Shown piece by piece: positions 29,301-32,000 of a DNA stretch of 32,000 nt. The stretch comes from Promethearchaeum syntrophicum (GTDB lineage Archaea > Asgardarchaeota > Lokiarchaeia > Sigyniarchaeales > Promethearchaeaceae). Under the pieces are notes generated by a model that was not told the origin of the DNA, made no database searches, and saw only the letters and a list, made by a program, of their open reading frames with translations. Position 1 is the stretch's first letter. Every line of letters starts with the position of its first letter. The stretch lies in assembly GCF_008000775.2 (NCBI RefSeq), contig NZ_CP042905.2, positions 4,050,001 to 4,082,000 of the forward strand, written 5' to 3'. Position numbers and translations under genes: made by a program.

Positions 29301-30699
29301 TTTGTATTTAAAATTAAAATTAAAATATGCCTTTAATTTTATCAATCGTTTGAAAATCTTTCCAATTGGGGATAAAATACAGTTTTCTTTAATAACAATC
29401 TCTAATGAAGAAAATAAAAATATCCTTATGTCATTTTATACTTGGAAATCTCAGTTATTAAATAATTATTTAGAAATTTATGAACAAGGTCAAGAAATTG
29501 ATGAATTTAATAGAAGGATTGAAGAAGGTGGATCTTTAATATTATTGGATTCAGAGGATTTTGAGCTTTTTAACCCAAATTCAAAAACTTCACCATTGTT
29601 TCGAAGAACAAAAGATTATTTTCTTGTCAAAAAATCATACCAAAGAACAATAATTTTAGAAAAGGAAAGACATTTTTCACCTTGGAAAATAAAATTTAAT
29701 CGGATTCTGGATTCTGCTTTAGCATCTAAACATTTTAAAACAGCTAAATATCTGGAGAATAATGGATTTATAAAAAAAATATGCAAAGAAAAAGGAAGAA
29801 CATGGATCAAAAATGAGGATTCAAAAAAAAACACATACTTACCGTTATATAGTGGTTCTTCTATTTGGTTTTATGATTATAGGTATAATGAACTAATCCC
29901 TCGAGATGATAAAAAACTAAAAAAAAAAGCATTACAAGTTAAAGTTACTGAAGATAAACATAATAATAAAGAGTATTGTCACCTACCAATGTATTGGGTT
30001 AATGAAAAAGTTTTTATTGATAAAAAACCCGAGAATTGGGATAAAAAATGGTATTTTGGATACAGAGATATTTCTGGAACGGATAATGAAAGAAGTTTCA
30101 TAATTTCTGTATTTCCGCATAGTCCTTTTGTAAGTACTCTTAATGTTATAACAACAGATAAATTTAGGAATGAATTTATTTGCTTAATAGCTAACTTATC
30201 ATCAATCATCTTTGATTTTATTGCTAGGAATAAAATTTCGGGGATCCATTTCTCTCAATATATTGTTAAGCAACTACCTGTATTTCCACCAGAAGTGTAT
30301 TCAAAAGATCTCTTATTTCAAATCAAAAAAAGAGTTATAGAACTTGTTTATACATCTTCGGAAATGAATACTTTTATTACTGATTTTGGTTTCAAAGAGG
30401 AATTAAAACCTTACAACTGGAAAGAAGAGAGAAGAGAGAAATTAAAAGCAGAGTTAGATGCAATATTTTCTTTAATGTACGGTTATAATAGAGAAAACCT
30501 TCAATATATATTAAATACTTTTTCAAGATTACGAACAAATGAATTGAAATTACTTGGGGAGTTCAGAACAAAAAGACTGATCCTTGAATCTTATGATAAT
30601 TTTGATTCCGATCCAAAATTAGGACCATTATTTCGACTAGAATCTATTAATTTGAAAAAAATAAATAGCAATTATTTAGCCAGAAGTGAAATAAAATGA
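26320..30699 (+). CDS. drmMI: Large N6-adenine DNA methyltransferase, DISARM DrmMI-like
   Basis: 1459 aa; motif I [41 protein letters not shown]-like ([21 protein letters not shown]), catalytic NPPWD, C-terminal [27 protein letters not shown] Shine-Dalgarno at 26306-26311 ahead of the ATG. Confidence 0.85.
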   Translation: [1459 protein letters not shown]

Positions 30700-32000
30700 A
30701 AAATATATTCTTACAAATTAAAACAATTCAAGAGCAATATAAATCCTTTATCCGCTCTTACCAGAAATTCAACAACCCAAAAATTCGTGATTGGGTTCAC
30801 AAACAAATAGAAAGTGGAGGATTTATTTATCAGAATCCTGTCATTGATATTTCTCCCCAGTATAAGAAAGGTAAAAAACTTGAGGATTTCATCAGTGATT
30901 CCACACTTCATCAAGAGATATCGGATATATTCTGGGCGGATAAAGATAATAAATCCATCAAGATTCATCCATACATTCATCAAGAACAAGCAATTCAGAA
31001 AACGGTTGCAGAAAATAAGAATATTATCGTTAGCACGGGAACGGGTTCAGGAAAATCAATGTGTTTTTGGATCCCAATTGTTTCACATTGCTTGAATGTA
31101 AAGGGTTCCAAAGGAGTAAAGACAATTGTTATCTATCCCATGAATGCACTTGCAAATTCACAATATCTGGATATTGTAGAAAGACTTCATGGTACAGGAA
31201 TAACGGTCGCAAAATATACGGGCGAAATGAAGAACACAGAAGAGCAAGCCCGAAATTATATTCAAAATGTTATTAAACGCAATATTTTCGATAGTGAAAT
31301 TGTTTCTCGCGAAGCAGTGGAAAAGAACCCACCAGATATTCTTATAACAAATTACAAAATGCTTGAATTGTTACTCACAAGGCATTTCAACCAGAAAATT
31401 TTCCGTGATAATGAAAAGGGGACCTTAAAATTTCTGGTTTTGGATGAAATCCATACATATAGTGGAAACAGCGGTGCAGATGTCGGATGTCTGATACGAA
31501 GGACAAAAGAGAAATTAAAAATGGATAAACCTATATGTATCGGAACTAGCGCAACAATAGAAGATACATCATCAATCAAAGGCAATATCATAAAAGAATT
31601 TGCAGAGAATATTTTTGGCGAACCCTTTCCTGATGATTTTCTCATTCAAGCAGAATATCTTGAAGAAATTATTCCTTCAGAAAAAACCATAGAATTACCA
31701 GATAAATCTAAGGTTAATCCGAAAGACATTGAAAAATTTAATAATTCTATTGGAAATACACTCCCGTTAGCAAAATCCCTTGTGAAATCAGAAGAAATCA
31801 TCCCTTCCTCACCTAATGAAAAGAATCTTGGCGAAATTTTCCAATATCATCCCACACTCGCTTTTATTAAGACACAAATTCGAGATACAGGACCTCAAAC
31901 AATTGAAAACATAGCAACTCTCTACCAAAAGTTGCAACGCAAGACCTTATCGATCGATGAATGTATTTTAGAGATAAAAGCAGGGTTATTGGTGGGTACA
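30696..32000 (+). CDS. drmA: DEAD/DEAH-box helicase, N-terminal part, open to the window end (DISARM DrmA-like); missing from ORF track
   Basis: Manual translation from the ATG at 30696, which overlaps the methylase stop (ATGA): MKNIFLQIKTIQEQYKSFIRSYQKFNNPKIRDWVHKQIESGGFIYQNP...HPYIHQEQAIQKTVAENKNIIVSTGTGSGKSMCFWIPIV...TIVIYPMNALANSQ...PPDILITNYKMLELLL...FLVLDEIHTYSGNSGADVGCLIRRTK...ICIGTSATI. Frame stays open to 32000. Confidence 0.7.
   Translation, partial: MKNIFLQIKTIQEQYKSFIRSYQKFNNPKIRDWVHKQIESGGFIYQNPVIDISPQYKKGKKLEDFISDSTLHQEISDIFWADKDNKSIKIHPYIHQEQAIQKTVAENKNIIVSTGTGSGKSMCFWIPIVSHCLNVKGSKGVKTIVIYPMNALANSQYLDIVERLHGTGITVAKYTGEMKNTEEQARNYIQNVIKRNIFDSEIVSREAVEKNPPDILITNYKMLELLLTRHFNQKIFRDNEKGTLKFLVLDEIHTYSGNSGADVGCLIRRTKEKLKMDKPICIGTSATIEDTSSIKGNIIKEFAENIFGEPFPDDFLIQAEYLEEIIPSEKTIELPDKSKVNPKDIEKFNNSIGNTLPLAKSLVKSEEIIPSSPNEKNLGEIFQYHPTLAFIKTQIRDTGPQTIENIATLYQKLQRKTLSIDECILEIKAGLLVGT

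Noticed and set aside
23252-31645. Small minus-strand ORFs antisense to the DISARM-like genes, and the short plus-strand ORFs at 30814-31276
   Set aside because: They overlap well-supported helicase and methylase coding sequence in other frames. The true gene from 30696 is an open frame running off the window.

Overview
AT-rich archaeal window. The core archaeal genes (prefoldin beta, fibrillarin + Nop5, archaeal Elp3, PyrD/PyrK, RNase HII) and lineage-style protein features are compatible with Asgard archaea, but taxonomy is inference only. Left part (1-12 kb): housekeeping genes. These are prefoldin beta (truncated at the left edge, missing from the ORF track), a CARF/DUF6293-like regulator, an archaeal XRE-type HTH regulator, rnhB, an SDR, a PaaI-type thioesterase, a DUF2804 protein, a Rieske protein, flpA-nop5, pyrD-pyrK and elp3. 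Right part (about 12-32 kb): accessory/defence-like region with two divergent gene clusters. The minus-strand cluster has four genes (108 aa, about 760 aa, 61 aa, 2090 aa). The giant 2090-aa protein ends in a recognisable TnpB/Cas12-type RuvC domain: GIDLG, YIEDLRGF, CxxC, then C..Y..YANRDINASANI. There is no CRISPR array or cas1/cas2 in the window. The plus-strand cluster has a SNF2 helicase, a large N6-adenine DNA methylase and a DEAD/DEAH helicase open to the window end. This matches a class 1 DISARM-like order (drmD-drmMI-drmA). The main candidate for a previously undescribed system is the giant RuvC protein with its small and coiled-coil partners, beside the DISARM-like operon, with repeats in the divergent intergenic region and a structured non-coding segment after the giant gene.
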